A stretch of 64,000 nt of DNA from an uncultured virus (IMG/VR IMGVR_UViG_3300031140_000597) (IMGVR_UViG_3300031140_000597:1-64000), one strand, 5' to 3'; shown: positions 41,336-52,223, counted from the first letter of the stretch. A program made the numbers and translations. Notes: generated from the letters alone by a model not told the origin.

Positions 41336-42613
41336 ATGTCTACAGCAGTAGCAGAGAAGTTAGAAGTATGTCCTAAGATGTCAGCGACTGTACGTGAGCG
41401 CATGACTAAATCACGTGTTCGATTTCTATTAACTAAACCGTTCTATGGAACACTTGCATCACGATTAGTTCTTACTGAGGCTAATTATATGCCTACGGCT
41501 GCAACCGACGGGCGTCGTTTGTTGTACAATGTTGAGTTTGTAAATAAATTGTCAGATTCAGAACTTGACTTTTTGGTTGCTCACGAAGTATTACATTGTG
41601 TGTACGATCATATGGCGGCACGTGGTGATCGTAATCCTCAAGTATATAATGCTGCATGTGATTACAATATAAACCTCACACTAGTTGATAACAAGATTGG
41701 TACTATTATTGGTTCTGATAAATTAGATGGTGGTGAACCTTGTTATGATACTAAGTATCGTGATATGGGTAGTTATGAGATTTATGAAAAGTTGATGGAA
41801 GATTACGATGGAAAGAGTTACACTGTTAATGCAGACGGTACTATCACTGATGAAGATGGCAATGTAGTTGGCAATATTAGTGGCATGGACGTTCATTTAG
41901 AGCCTTCACAAGGTGATGAAAATGGCAATGATGCTAACGGGAACCCAGTTGATGGTATGTCAGCAGATGAACGTAAGGCATTACAAGATGAAATCAAGCA
42001 AGCAGTGATCAATGCAGCACAATCAGCGGGCGACGAAGTACCTGATGATATCAAGCGAATGATTGGTGAATTGACATCGCCTAAGATGGATTGGCGTGAT
42101 GTGTTGCGCACTCAATTGGAAAGTTCATTGAAGCGTGATTTCACATTCATGCGTCCTAGTAAGCGTTCTGGTGAGGTTATCTTCCCAGGCATGTCACGAG
42201 ATGAAGAATTGAAAGTGACAGTTGCTATCGATACATCTGGTAGTATTAGTACAGAGATGTTGCGTGACTTCGTAAGTGAAGTGCAAGGTATCATGGATCA
42301 GTATCAAGATTACGAGGTGACTATGATGCAGTTTGACACTGGTGTATATGGTGTTGAAGTATTTACCGCAGACGGCGGCGAGGATATCTCTGAGTATGAT
42401 ATTCGCGGTGGTGGTGGTACAGAATTCGATGCAGTATGGAATTACATGAAAGAAAACGACATGGAGCCTGATCAGTTAATTATGTTCACTGATGGTTATC
42501 CATTTGGTTCATGGGGTGATGAAGATTATTGTGATACATTGTTTGTAATTCACGGTGATACTGAGCATCGCATTGAATCACCATTTGGAGTTACAATTCA
42601 TTATGATGCATAA
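41336..42613 (+). CDS. DUF2201-type putative metallopeptidase with C-terminal VWA domain
   Basis: TAATDG, HEVLH, ACDY.IN; MIDAS DTSGS, GGGTEF, FTDGY. Confidence 0.88.
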   Translation: MSTAVAEKLEVCPKMSATVRERMTKSRVRFLLTKPFYGTLASRLVLTEANYMPTAATDGRRLLYNVEFVNKLSDSELDFLVAHEVLHCVYDHMAARGDRNPQVYNAACDYNINLTLVDNKIGTIIGSDKLDGGEPCYDTKYRDMGSYEIYEKLMEDYDGKSYTVNADGTITDEDGNVVGNISGMDVHLEPSQGDENGNDANGNPVDGMSADERKALQDEIKQAVINAAQSAGDEVPDDIKRMIGELTSPKMDWRDVLRTQLESSLKRDFTFMRPSKRSGEVIFPGMSRDEELKVTVAIDTSGSISTEMLRDFVSEVQGIMDQYQDYEVTMMQFDTGVYGVEVFTADGGEDISEYDIRGGGGTEFDAVWNYMKENDMEPDQLIMFTDGYPFGSWGDEDYCDTLFVIHGDTEHRIESPFGVTIHYDA

Positions 42614-42902
42614 TGTAAAGATTATAAATAATGCAGGCAGTCTAAGTGAAAGTGACTTAGTACTGCTTGCAGGAACAGATATTATTCTGTCGATGTTGCG
42701 AAATCGTATACTTATTCTAGTTGAAAAGAAACAAGTATGTGATTGGAGCAGATTAACAGAAGATATGACGGGATTGTACTATATTAGAACAATCGATCAC
42801 AATAGTAATTTATTTCAATTATGGTTTGAGACTCCAGTAGACTTGACCCAGTTTGAAAAGAATTTAGCAATGGCGAAGATCGCCGGAAATGTTTACGAAT
42901 AG
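42603..42902 (+). CDS. hypothetical protein
   Basis: overlapping start. Confidence 0.55.
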   Translation: MMHNVKIINNAGSLSESDLVLLAGTDIILSMLRNRILILVEKKQVCDWSRLTEDMTGLYYIRTIDHNSNLFQLWFETPVDLTQFEKNLAMAKIAGNVYE

Positions 42903-42969
42903 TAATCATCATTTATCTGTAATAATATAGATAAATAAACATAGTAGTTAATTAAATAAAGGAAGTAAA

Positions 42970-43179
42970 ATGACTGAAGCAACACAAGAAGTACCAACAC
43001 TAACATTGCAGGACTTAACATTGACAGCGAATATTATCGATTTGTCAGTACAACGTGGCGCATTTAAAGGCGCAGAAGCAGAACAAGTTGGACAAATGTT
43101 CAATCGTTTAGTTGCGATTATCAAATCAATTGCACCACCAACTGACGAATCTGCTACGGAAACAGAAGGCGAGGTTTAA
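42970..43179 (+). CDS. hypothetical protein
   Basis: IIDL..QRGAFKG.E...VG motif; AGGA RBS. Confidence 0.7.
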   Translation: MTEATQEVPTLTLQDLTLTANIIDLSVQRGAFKGAEAEQVGQMFNRLVAIIKSIAPPTDESATETEGEV

Positions 43180-43183
43180 TCTC

Positions 43184-43780
43184 ATGTCTACAAATAATCT
43201 AAAACATGTAGGTCAATTGATCAACACACAACGTAGATGTGTTATCATGTTTCGTGAAATTCCAGATGATGAAAGTAATTGTCTAGTAGTGGACACCGAT
43301 GCATTGGTAGATTGGATGCACGATGATGTTATTAATGCAGTAGAATCTCCTGGCGCTCAAGCATCAGTGGATTTCTCTGAATTTGCACAGCGTAGAGTAA
43401 TGACAGATGGCACTAACATGCTGCAATCATTGCACGCAAAAGGTTTTTTGCAAAAGCAAAAAGCGTCAAATGTGATGATGACACCAAATCGTGAAACTCA
43501 GATCCGTTTAGACGAATTGAATAAAATCATTCGCGAGCAGTCTGGACAGGACACCATTCATAAGCAACCTGTTGAAACTCCTGAGTCACTGTCAACTCCG
43601 TCAACCGAGTCGACTGGCAATGAAGTTATCGATGATATTGCGATTGCATCTAACATGATTGCACAAGCAAAGCAATTTGAAGAGGAAGCAGCAACATTGC
43701 GTGAAAATGCATATGCATTGTCTCCTGAACTGAAACCAAAACGTGGTCGACCGGCTGCTAAAAAGACAGCAACTGCGTAA
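43184..43780 (+). CDS. hypothetical protein
   Basis: LKHVG start after GAGG; C-terminal KRGRP AT-hook-like motif. Confidence 0.7.
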   Translation: MSTNNLKHVGQLINTQRRCVIMFREIPDDESNCLVVDTDALVDWMHDDVINAVESPGAQASVDFSEFAQRRVMTDGTNMLQSLHAKGFLQKQKASNVMMTPNRETQIRLDELNKIIREQSGQDTIHKQPVETPESLSTPSTESTGNEVIDDIAIASNMIAQAKQFEEEAATLRENAYALSPELKPKRGRPAAKKTATA

Positions 43781-43807
43781 ATTAGATTATGACTGGGAGT
43801 AATAATA

Positions 43808-44551
43808 ATGAACGATGAGCCTACCGCATTTATATTTGATGTAGATGGCACACTTACTCCCAGTCGTTCTTTAATTGACCCAGTATTCGAAGCATGGTTT
43901 GTGGATTTTTGTACTCATAATGATGTATATATTGTCACTGGAAGTGATCGTACAAAAACATTAGAGCAAATACACGGTACATTATATGATCTTATAGTTA
44001 AAGTATATCAATGTAGTGGTAATAATGTGTGGATCAAAGATGTAGAAATCGAATGCAATGAATGGGTACTTGGTGACGAAGAGAGAGAATTCCTAAACGC
44101 TAAATTAGAGGAATCTGAATTTAGTATTAAGACAGGAATGCATATTGAAGATCGTCCAGGAATGGCGAATTTCAGTATAGTGGGTAGAGGTGCAACAGTG
44201 GAAGATCGCGCAGCCTATGTAGAATATGAATTTGTACATAAAGAGCGTAAACTAATTGCTGAAGCGTTCAACTTTAAATTTAAAGAGTCTGGGATAACTG
44301 CACATGTTGCAGGTGAGACGGGTCTTGATATACTACCCAATGGGAAAGACAAAGGTCAGATCATTCATGATTTTGACGAACAAACTATTTATTTCTTTGG
44401 TGATAGGATGGAAGAAGGTGGCAATGATGCTCCTCTTAAACAAGCCATCATTGGCAGAAGAAACACAAGTGATAAGTGCTTTACAGTAGAGGGATGGGAA
44501 CATACATGGAATCTACTACAGGAACTATCTAAGCAAGGATTATGTTATTAA
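43808..44551 (+). CDS. HAD-IIB phosphomannomutase-like protein (eukaryotic-type PMM family)
   Basis: FDVDGTLTPSR, VTGSD, IE.R.GM.NFSIVGR, FFGD...GGND. Confidence 0.88.
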   Translation: MNDEPTAFIFDVDGTLTPSRSLIDPVFEAWFVDFCTHNDVYIVTGSDRTKTLEQIHGTLYDLIVKVYQCSGNNVWIKDVEIECNEWVLGDEEREFLNAKLEESEFSIKTGMHIEDRPGMANFSIVGRGATVEDRAAYVEYEFVHKERKLIAEAFNFKFKESGITAHVAGETGLDILPNGKDKGQIIHDFDEQTIYFFGDRMEEGGNDAPLKQAIIGRRNTSDKCFTVEGWEHTWNLLQELSKQGLCY

Positions 44552-44610
44552 ATAGCATAAATATAATTAGAATACTTACAATTTACAAGTACACTTGGAA
44601 TAAATAAATC

Positions 44611-44904
44611 ATGGCAATTGAACAAAACGATAGATCATTTAGTAAGATTTTTGATGAGATCGACATACAAACTATACCTCCCAAATATATACAAGCAATC
44701 ATCCTTACATTAGTAGGTGGTGAGAAGATAGAAATATCAGATGAAATGCTAGATTCTATTACATCGGCAGAAGATGTATTCGCAGGAATCGAGCGAGAAG
44801 ATGTCATGAACGTTGATATTGCTCTTGATTATGAAGCAATCGAATATGATGTAAGCACCGATGTGAAGAGCGTGCTAGACGGTCTATTCGGCAATCATGA
44901 CTGA
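44611..44904 (+). CDS. hypothetical protein
   Basis: acidic 97 aa ORF. Confidence 0.6.
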   Translation: MAIEQNDRSFSKIFDEIDIQTIPPKYIQAIILTLVGGEKIEISDEMLDSITSAEDVFAGIEREDVMNVDIALDYEAIEYDVSTDVKSVLDGLFGNHD

Positions 44905-45553
44905 TAGTGCAACCAGAATATGGATGTGCGGTATACCCGGATCTAAATGGTCTGGAATAGATATGCATATGCGTCAAGTGTTACCATGTGATCAGACTGA
45001 TGAATCAGATGAACGCACATGTTATCATAGAGCGTATTCACCAACCGATACTAACAACGGACATCGTGGTAGTTATTGGGGACCAGGAATGGGATGTGGT
45101 GAAGATTGGATAGACTTCAATTTTATGGATAAATCAAAAATAATCAACGACATAGATACAGTATTCACTGGTACTGGTTACAAAATAATAAAAGATCATT
45201 TCTTGGCTAGACAATTTAATCTAGATTACGTGTGGAATAATTTTTCTGGTGATTATATAGTTCTTGTATATAGAGAACCACAGAAATCATTTGCATGGTG
45301 GTCAGAAGTTATGGATTTTGGCGAGGGACATTATCCAGATTATGCGCCTGGATATACTGATTATAATACAATGAGAAAGTTGCTGTGGACTGAATCTGCA
45401 AAGATAACAGACTTCGCAGTTCGTAAAGATATGAATTTCTCACTATATAACAATCAAGCATTCCAATCAATTGATGGATTTGCTTGGAAAACGGCTAATA
45501 AACTTGACATTATGACCAATGACACATATATATCTGTAAAGCGAATACCATAA
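44897..45553 (+). CDS. hypothetical protein, sulfotransferase-like
   Basis: G.PGSKWSG, H.GSYWGPGM, IIK.H, LVYR motifs. Confidence 0.55.
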   Translation: MTDSATRIWMCGIPGSKWSGIDMHMRQVLPCDQTDESDERTCYHRAYSPTDTNNGHRGSYWGPGMGCGEDWIDFNFMDKSKIINDIDTVFTGTGYKIIKDHFLARQFNLDYVWNNFSGDYIVLVYREPQKSFAWWSEVMDFGEGHYPDYAPGYTDYNTMRKLLWTESAKITDFAVRKDMNFSLYNNQAFQSIDGFAWKTANKLDIMTNDTYISVKRIP

Positions 45554-46257
45554 TGTCAAGTCCGTTTAAAACACCTTGGCACTTTGATAAATTTCGCACA
45601 GATGAAGAAGGTGAGTATGTTAAGATTGTTGGAATAGTCAATGGTGACTGGACAACAGAGATAGATCATGCTCGTTCAAAAGACTTCAATGTTCAAAATT
45701 ATAATGAACAGCGTTATGAACATGCTGCTAACAAAAAAAGTAAAAACCATATAGAAGAAGATAAAGAGAATCCTGATGGTAAACCTGGATCTACTATGTT
45801 TCGTAAAATTAATTACGATAAGTTCCCTAGCGAGTTCCCAAAATTAAATGCGATCACAGATTTATTACAACTTGATAAAGATGAAAAGTTAACATGTAAG
45901 TTCAATGAGCAGTTCCCTAACGATCAACTTATGTGGCATATTGATAACTTGCCGGGAAACCCACGTAAAGAGCGTGTGATAGATAATCCCGAATTCAAGC
46001 ATTCAAACGACAATAAAATACGCTTCTTGATCACATTAGAAGATTGGGAACCAGGACAAGTCTTTCAGTTTGGTAATAGAGTATACACCCAATGGAAAGC
46101 AGGTACTATATTTACATGGGAATGGAGTACATTGCCTCATTTAACATGGAATGGTAGTTGGTCAAAGCGTCCTTGTTTACAGATCACAGGTACAGCAACA
46201 CCATCAACATGGGATATTGTGCGTAACGGTAATGCAGATACCATCTATAACATATAA
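45553..46257 (+). CDS. 2OG-Fe(II) oxygenase-like protein
   Basis: WHID (HxD), distal PH, R..LQITG. Confidence 0.6.
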   Translation: MSSPFKTPWHFDKFRTDEEGEYVKIVGIVNGDWTTEIDHARSKDFNVQNYNEQRYEHAANKKSKNHIEEDKENPDGKPGSTMFRKINYDKFPSEFPKLNAITDLLQLDKDEKLTCKFNEQFPNDQLMWHIDNLPGNPRKERVIDNPEFKHSNDNKIRFLITLEDWEPGQVFQFGNRVYTQWKAGTIFTWEWSTLPHLTWNGSWSKRPCLQITGTATPSTWDIVRNGNADTIYNI

Positions 46258-46260
46258 ATA
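46253..46260 (+). promoter_or_regulatory. T4-like late promoter TATAAATA
   Basis: upstream of radical SAM gene. Confidence 0.65.
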
Positions 46261-46295
46261 AAAGAGTGTCATAAATCGACACAAAGGAAACTAAA

Positions 46296-47729
46296 ATGAC
46301 AGAAAAGAAATTACCATCAGATACGTTTTGTATTCTACCTTGGATACATTTGAGTACTCGCCCAGACGGCAGTATGAGAGTATGTTGTACAGCAAATGCA
46401 AGTAGTGTTGGTGCAACAAATGATAAAGTTCACGGTGGGCGAGTTGGCATTGTTAAGACAGATGATGGTAAGCCTGCAAACCTAAACAACAGTGACTTGT
46501 CTAGTGCATGGAACAATAGTTACATGCGTGGTGTACGTCAACAAATGCTTGCAGGAGAAAAGCCTGCTAGTTGTTTGAAATGTTACAAAGAAGAAGATGC
46601 AGGACATCGATCTAAGCGACAGTGGGAAACCCAGTACTGGATGCGTGATGGAATTGATGTTGATGAACTTGTTAAAGAAACATATGAAGACGGTTCAACT
46701 GATTCAAAACTACGATACATTGATATCCGTATGGGTACTAAATGCCAACTTGGTTGCGTTATGTGTAGTCCACACGATTCATCAGGATGGGTAAAAGATT
46801 GGAATAAGTTGTATCCACAGATTACCAATGAGTCACTAAAAGAAACAATGTCTTGGGATGATAAAGGCAAGCAGTTTGGTGCTAATTATAACTGGCATAA
46901 AAACAACCCACAGTTTTGGGAACAATTTTATGCTCAAATTCCATTCATGCGTCAACTATACTTTGCAGGCGGCGAATCGACGGTTATCGAAGAGCATTAT
47001 GAAATCCTAGATAAAGTTATTGAAATGGGTTATGCATCTCAGATTGAGTTGCGTTACAACAGTAATGGCATTGAATTGCCTGATCGTCTACTAGAGCAAT
47101 GGAAGCATTTCCAAAAGGTACGTTTCCATTATAGTATTGACAGTATTGGTGAAATGAATGATTATATTCGTTACCCAAGTGAATGGTCACATCAACTTGC
47201 AATGTTTGAGCGTCTTGATACACAGACTTCTAACAACGTAGAGATTACAATCGCGTGTGCAGTTAACGCACTAAACATTCACTACATTCCAGACTTCCTT
47301 AAATGGAAACTGCAATCAGACTTGAAGAAGACAAACATGTGGCCCTTTGGCGCTGGTGGTATTAACTATCACTTTGTATACTGGCCAGGACATTTGAATG
47401 TCAAGGTATTGCCAGATGAGTTCTTAGACAAAACCGAAGCGAAGTATGAAGAGTTCATTGCATGGTGGAAAGAGAATTGGGAACTAGGTGTTCCAAGTTG
47501 GCACAAGGGTAAAGTAGATTATCAGAAATGGGAAGATGCTGAATATGGCATCAAGCGTTTACGTGGTATGATTAGTTTTGCTCGTAGTGAAGATTGGAGT
47601 CAGCGATTACCAGAGTTTAGAGAATACATTAACAAACTAGACGAGATGCGCGGCACCGATTTCAGAAAAACATTTGCAGACATGGCTTACTTATTAGACG
47701 AGCCTACAGAGGACAATGATAGTGACTGA
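46296..47729 (+). CDS. radical SAM protein with N-terminal twitch/SPASM domain
   Basis: FCILPW, RVCC, C.KCY; CQLGCVMC, YFAGGE, YNSN, SIDS. Confidence 0.9.
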   Translation: MTEKKLPSDTFCILPWIHLSTRPDGSMRVCCTANASSVGATNDKVHGGRVGIVKTDDGKPANLNNSDLSSAWNNSYMRGVRQQMLAGEKPASCLKCYKEEDAGHRSKRQWETQYWMRDGIDVDELVKETYEDGSTDSKLRYIDIRMGTKCQLGCVMCSPHDSSGWVKDWNKLYPQITNESLKETMSWDDKGKQFGANYNWHKNNPQFWEQFYAQIPFMRQLYFAGGESTVIEEHYEILDKVIEMGYASQIELRYNSNGIELPDRLLEQWKHFQKVRFHYSIDSIGEMNDYIRYPSEWSHQLAMFERLDTQTSNNVEITIACAVNALNIHYIPDFLKWKLQSDLKKTNMWPFGAGGINYHFVYWPGHLNVKVLPDEFLDKTEAKYEEFIAWWKENWELGVPSWHKGKVDYQKWEDAEYGIKRLRGMISFARSEDWSQRLPEFREYINKLDEMRGTDFRKTFADMAYLLDEPTEDNDSD

Positions 47730-48270
47730 TGTAATACCAGTATTAATTGCGTTAGAAGTGGAATTGCCCTATGAATTACCGACACCATATGTTAAAATAG
47801 TAACAGGTGTCGGTAAGATCAAAGCGACAATGGCAGCAATGGAAGCAGTATTTAAGTACAATCCTCATACCATTATCAATATGGGTACTGCGGGCAGTTT
47901 AGATCCTGATTTAGCACTAGGTGTACATGAAGTTAGTACCGTAGGTCAACGAGATATGGATGCATCGCCTTTAGGTTGGAAAGTAGGACAGACTCCGTTC
48001 ACTGGTGAATTATGGATAGATCTAAAACTTAGTGGTGTTTCATTGACTAGTGGTGATAACTTTGTCACAAGTCAGCCACCATTGAGTAGTACACTGGTTG
48101 ATATGGAAGCATATGGTATTGCAATGGTATGCAAAAAGTATAAAGTTATCTTTGATTGCTATAAGTACGTATCAGACTTTGCAGATGAAGATTCAACTAC
48201 AGACTGGGAACAGAATTGCTCCGATGGTGCAAATGAATTCATGAAAATATTATCAAATCGTAGCGAGTAA
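47716..48270 (+). CDS. mtnN: MTA/SAH nucleosidase-like (PNP/UDP family)
   Basis: TGVGKIKA, INMGTAG, QRDMD, TSGDNFV, VDMEAY, KYVSD.AD. Confidence 0.85.
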   Translation: MIVTDVIPVLIALEVELPYELPTPYVKIVTGVGKIKATMAAMEAVFKYNPHTIINMGTAGSLDPDLALGVHEVSTVGQRDMDASPLGWKVGQTPFTGELWIDLKLSGVSLTSGDNFVTSQPPLSSTLVDMEAYGIAMVCKKYKVIFDCYKYVSDFADEDSTTDWEQNCSDGANEFMKILSNRSE

Positions 48271-48273
48271 ATA

Positions 48274-49839
48274 ATGTTAGATGTTGTCATGTTGGCGTAT
48301 GGTGAACCAAACGCTGATCAAAATTTCAAAAGAATACAGAAATTAGCACCCAATGCGAAGAGGGTAGATAATGTCGTCGGGATTTTAGAGGCACATCAAG
48401 CAGCAGCAAAATTGGCAACTACTGATAATTTTTATGTAGTAGATGCTGACGCGGTGTTATCTGAGCATTTTAATTTCTCATTCACACCTGATATCATTAA
48501 AGAATCGTATCCGGGTGTGAATGAATCAAGTTGTGTATTCGTATGGCAGAGTGTTAATGCAGTCAATGGATTGATTTATGGTTATGGTGGAGTAAAGTTA
48601 TTCCCTAGACATAAGTTATTGAATGCGAAATCATTTCAGATAGATATGACCACAACAATAGATGCACCATTAGTAGTGAAGCAACAAATATCTAATATAA
48701 CCGAATTCAATACAGATGAATTCAGTACATGGCGCAGTGCATTCCGTGAGTGTACAAAACTAGCATCTAACCCCACTCCAGATATGGATGATCGATACAG
48801 ATTAGATGTATGGTGTACTCGTGGAGATAGCAGTGCCCATGGAAAATATGCTATAATGGGTGCTAGACAAGGACGAGAGTTCGGTGCATTTTACAAAAAT
48901 GATAAGAAAACTCTAGATAAAATAAACGATTTCACTTGGTTAACCACTACATTTGACAAGTCATCAGTGCATACAATAGATCAGCATCACCCAATTCATT
49001 TATCATGGTTTCATGGACTAGAAGAATATTTTACATTGTCATCCGTAGAATCATACTATGCAGTATTTATTAAACTAAAGAATGCACTGGTATACGGTGA
49101 TAACTGGGGCATTCGCGATCTTATTTTAGAAGAAGTAAATATAGGTAAGAATGAAGACACTGAACTTTATGTTAATGTAATACTTCAATCATTATTAATA
49201 GATGATTATGTAATACCAGATCATCAAGTATTGGAATATATTAATCGCAATATTAATGATAATTTTATATATGGATTGATGAAATTGTCTGACCCATCGC
49301 ATGGTAATATTGATCTAGTAGATTTTATCACACGTGATTCGATGATAGGCAAGTCTTGGATGATTGAAGAATTAAGTAAGACAACGTTGGAACCATCTGA
49401 TGTTGTAATATTGGGTGGTAACATATGCACCCATTCATCTATGTTAATTAATAATTATGAAACAATTGAATCTATACTTAGTGTGGATATAGATCATAAG
49501 ACAACAGAGTATGCTCGTTTGTTAAATCATATAGCAGAATCTGACGAATTATTCAGTGCACAAACCAATGATGTATCTGATATAATATGGGATGAATCAT
49601 CTCTGCCTGATTTATTGATAAACACTAGTTGCGCACATATGGATGATACATGGTTTGACAATATACCAGATACTGATGATACTTTGATAGTAATACAGAC
49701 AAATGATTTTTCAGATAATATGAACTGCGTTAAAGATCTGTCTACCGCCATGACTAAATACCAAATGAAAGAAGTATTATTTAGTGGTGAACAAAGCACA
49801 CAGTTATATAATAGATTTATGATTATAGGAATCAAGTAA
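48274..49839 (+). CDS. fused glycosyltransferase-like + methyltransferase-like protein
   Basis: N-half matches 16204..16908 (VVDAD, YGYGGVKLFP, WRSAFRECTKL); C-half matches 16895..17818 (K.W..EEL, INTSC.HM, LY.RFMIIG.K). Confidence 0.75.
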   Translation: MLDVVMLAYGEPNADQNFKRIQKLAPNAKRVDNVVGILEAHQAAAKLATTDNFYVVDADAVLSEHFNFSFTPDIIKESYPGVNESSCVFVWQSVNAVNGLIYGYGGVKLFPRHKLLNAKSFQIDMTTTIDAPLVVKQQISNITEFNTDEFSTWRSAFRECTKLASNPTPDMDDRYRLDVWCTRGDSSAHGKYAIMGARQGREFGAFYKNDKKTLDKINDFTWLTTTFDKSSVHTIDQHHPIHLSWFHGLEEYFTLSSVESYYAVFIKLKNALVYGDNWGIRDLILEEVNIGKNEDTELYVNVILQSLLIDDYVIPDHQVLEYINRNINDNFIYGLMKLSDPSHGNIDLVDFITRDSMIGKSWMIEELSKTTLEPSDVVILGGNICTHSSMLINNYETIESILSVDIDHKTTEYARLLNHIAESDELFSAQTNDVSDIIWDESSLPDLLINTSCAHMDDTWFDNIPDTDDTLIVIQTNDFSDNMNCVKDLSTAMTKYQMKEVLFSGEQSTQLYNRFMIIGIK

Positions 49840-51152
49840 TGAACGATGACGATATAAAGAACAATGACACAGATAATGGGTTTTGCGCACTGCCATTTGT
49901 ACAATATAGTACATTCAATGGGGGTCGTTATCGATTATGTTGTATGGCAAAGGAACCTAGTGAACTTATTAATCAAGAAGAACTAGGCATAGATGGAACA
50001 TGGAATCATGATTACATTCGTAGTGTTCGTGAGCGTATGGCTACGGGCGAATGGCTACCAGAGTGTATAGAATGTAAAAGATTAGAACGTAACGATATTA
50101 TAAGTTCTCGTCAATGGGAAAACTATTCATGGAAAGATCAGGTTCCAGATATTGTAGCATTAGCAAGTGCAAATGATTGGAATATAGAACAGCCTCTACA
50201 ATTTGATTTTAGATTAGGTAATTTGTGTAATCTACAATGTCAGATGTGTAACAAAGAAGCATCGCATTTAGTAAGTGTTGAGCGTGCCAATATGATTGCA
50301 ACAGATTTGGGTCCCAAATCTCCTAACTTAGATAGATATGATTGGGACAATAATATTGCTAATAAAAAGAAAGCGATAATTCAGCCTGGCATCGATTGGG
50401 ATAGTTTTGATAAGATGCTGCCATATGCACAGACGATTAAAATGATTGGCGGCGAACCAACTGTTGTATCTGATATGTTCAAGTTGCTAGACAGAGCAAC
50501 TGAATCCGGATACGCAAAAAATATTACATTATCGTTCTACACGAACATCACCAATATGCAAGATAGATGGTTGAAGCAATTTAGTCAGTTTAAGCAAGTT
50601 GTTGTAAATTGCTCATTAGAGGGCATGGGTGATATGAATGATTATTTACGTCCGCCATCGCAGTGGGATTCAGTATGGGAAAATTTTGATAAGTTAGTAA
50701 AGTATTCAAATACATCAGAAGGAAAGAACATTCGTGTACGTGTCACTACGGTGAATCAAGTAACAAACGCGTTGCATTTGGTTCCATTCTGGAGATTTAT
50801 GCACGATTATCAACAGACTAATGACCGTACCATCGGCATGAGTACGAATCAATTGGTAGAACCTGAATATTACTCAATGGCGCATAGTCCCCAATGGTTG
50901 CGTGATGAACAGAAATCACAGATACTAGAATTTTTAGAAGAGATAAAAGATAGTCCTCATTATGAAGATTATTCACGTCCGTTAATGGAAGCATTGCATT
51001 TTGGCGAAGATCCAGAAACCAAGTATGATCGTGGATTTATGAGGGATTATGTTCAAGTAACAGAAAACTATGATAAGCATCGCGGACATGATGTGATGTC
51101 AGTAGCACCTGAATTTAGCCGAATTAAATCAGATTTAGAACTTGACAAGTAA
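49839..51152 (+). CDS. radical SAM protein with N-terminal twitch/SPASM domain
   Basis: FCALPF, RLCC, CIEC; CNLQCQMC, GGEP, YTN, SLEG. Confidence 0.9.
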   Translation: MNDDDIKNNDTDNGFCALPFVQYSTFNGGRYRLCCMAKEPSELINQEELGIDGTWNHDYIRSVRERMATGEWLPECIECKRLERNDIISSRQWENYSWKDQVPDIVALASANDWNIEQPLQFDFRLGNLCNLQCQMCNKEASHLVSVERANMIATDLGPKSPNLDRYDWDNNIANKKKAIIQPGIDWDSFDKMLPYAQTIKMIGGEPTVVSDMFKLLDRATESGYAKNITLSFYTNITNMQDRWLKQFSQFKQVVVNCSLEGMGDMNDYLRPPSQWDSVWENFDKLVKYSNTSEGKNIRVRVTTVNQVTNALHLVPFWRFMHDYQQTNDRTIGMSTNQLVEPEYYSMAHSPQWLRDEQKSQILEFLEEIKDSPHYEDYSRPLMEALHFGEDPETKYDRGFMRDYVQVTENYDKHRGHDVMSVAPEFSRIKSDLELDK

Positions 51153-51160
51153 GGAAATAA

Positions 51161-51829
51161 ATGACATCAACTAATATGGAATATTTAACTGAGATAGATT
51201 TTGCATTAACCACATATTGTCAAGCACGATGTAGAAGTTGTGCTAGAACGAATCAATATACTGGTGAAAAAGAAGATTGGTTAGAACTCAAGCATATGAA
51301 TCTAGATGTGTTTAAACGAACTCTTGCAGCATCTACTAATATAAAGTATAATATAATTGAGTTTTGTGGCGAGTTGGGCGATCCCATGATGCATCCACAA
51401 GTTGACAAATTTATAGAAACTGCATTAGAATATGCACCATCAATATTAATATCAACAAATGGTGCGCTTAGAAATGCAAACTGGTATAAGACGATAGCAG
51501 AAAAATACACAGACGATGTCTTTATAAATTGGGCAATTGATGGAGCAACACATGACACCAATTGGAAGTATAGAGAAGGTGTTGATTTTAATAAAGCTTT
51601 TGAAAATATGAAAACTCACACTCAATCAGGTGGGGATGGTGAATGGCGATATTTAATATTTGAGTGGAATTGGCATGAAATACCGCTAGCACGTCAAATG
51701 GCAAAAGAGATTGGAATTAAAATTATTTTTTGCTTCAATAATAGAGATTTTGGATTAATAACACCAGATTCTAGATTGGATGCAGAAAAATTATTAATAG
51801 GAGTGAGTCCAGATGACATCAAAGGGTAA
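51161..51829 (+). CDS. radical SAM core domain protein
   Basis: CQARCRSC, CGELGDP, STNG, AIDG, W.YLIFEWN. Confidence 0.88.
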   Translation: MTSTNMEYLTEIDFALTTYCQARCRSCARTNQYTGEKEDWLELKHMNLDVFKRTLAASTNIKYNIIEFCGELGDPMMHPQVDKFIETALEYAPSILISTNGALRNANWYKTIAEKYTDDVFINWAIDGATHDTNWKYREGVDFNKAFENMKTHTQSGGDGEWRYLIFEWNWHEIPLARQMAKEIGIKIIFCFNNRDFGLITPDSRLDAEKLLIGVSPDDIKG

Positions 51830-52223
51830 ATATAATATTGAATGTCAATCATTCGAAGCTCTAAATGAATTTACTAACCTCCCTGTAAGAAAATGGGAAG
51901 TAACACCAGAAGGAAGAGTGTGGCCATGTTGTTATTTTGCAAATGCATGGGATAGACGACATATGATGAGGGCAGATGAATTGGGTCCCGATGAAGATTC
52001 TAGTGAAGAAGATTTTCATAATGTAAATGGTGAATCAGCAGAATTATTGAATGATGCTAGAATGATGACTATAATAAATGAAGATCCTGATTGGAATAGT
52101 TTAGAACATCACTCTATAGAAGAAATCATAGCGCACGAAGTATTCCACAGTTACATCTGGACTGAAGGATGGAATAGCGATAATCCTGCGATATTGTGTG
52201 TTAATAATTGTAATAAGTGTTGA
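51813..52223 (+). CDS. stand-alone SPASM/twitch-like Fe-S domain
   Basis: IEC, G.VWPCCY, C.NNC; corresponds to the C-terminus of 18683 and 59558. Confidence 0.7.
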   Translation: MTSKGKYNIECQSFEALNEFTNLPVRKWEVTPEGRVWPCCYFANAWDRRHMMRADELGPDEDSSEEDFHNVNGESAELLNDARMMTIINEDPDWNSLEHHSIEEIIAHEVFHSYIWTEGWNSDNPAILCVNNCNKC

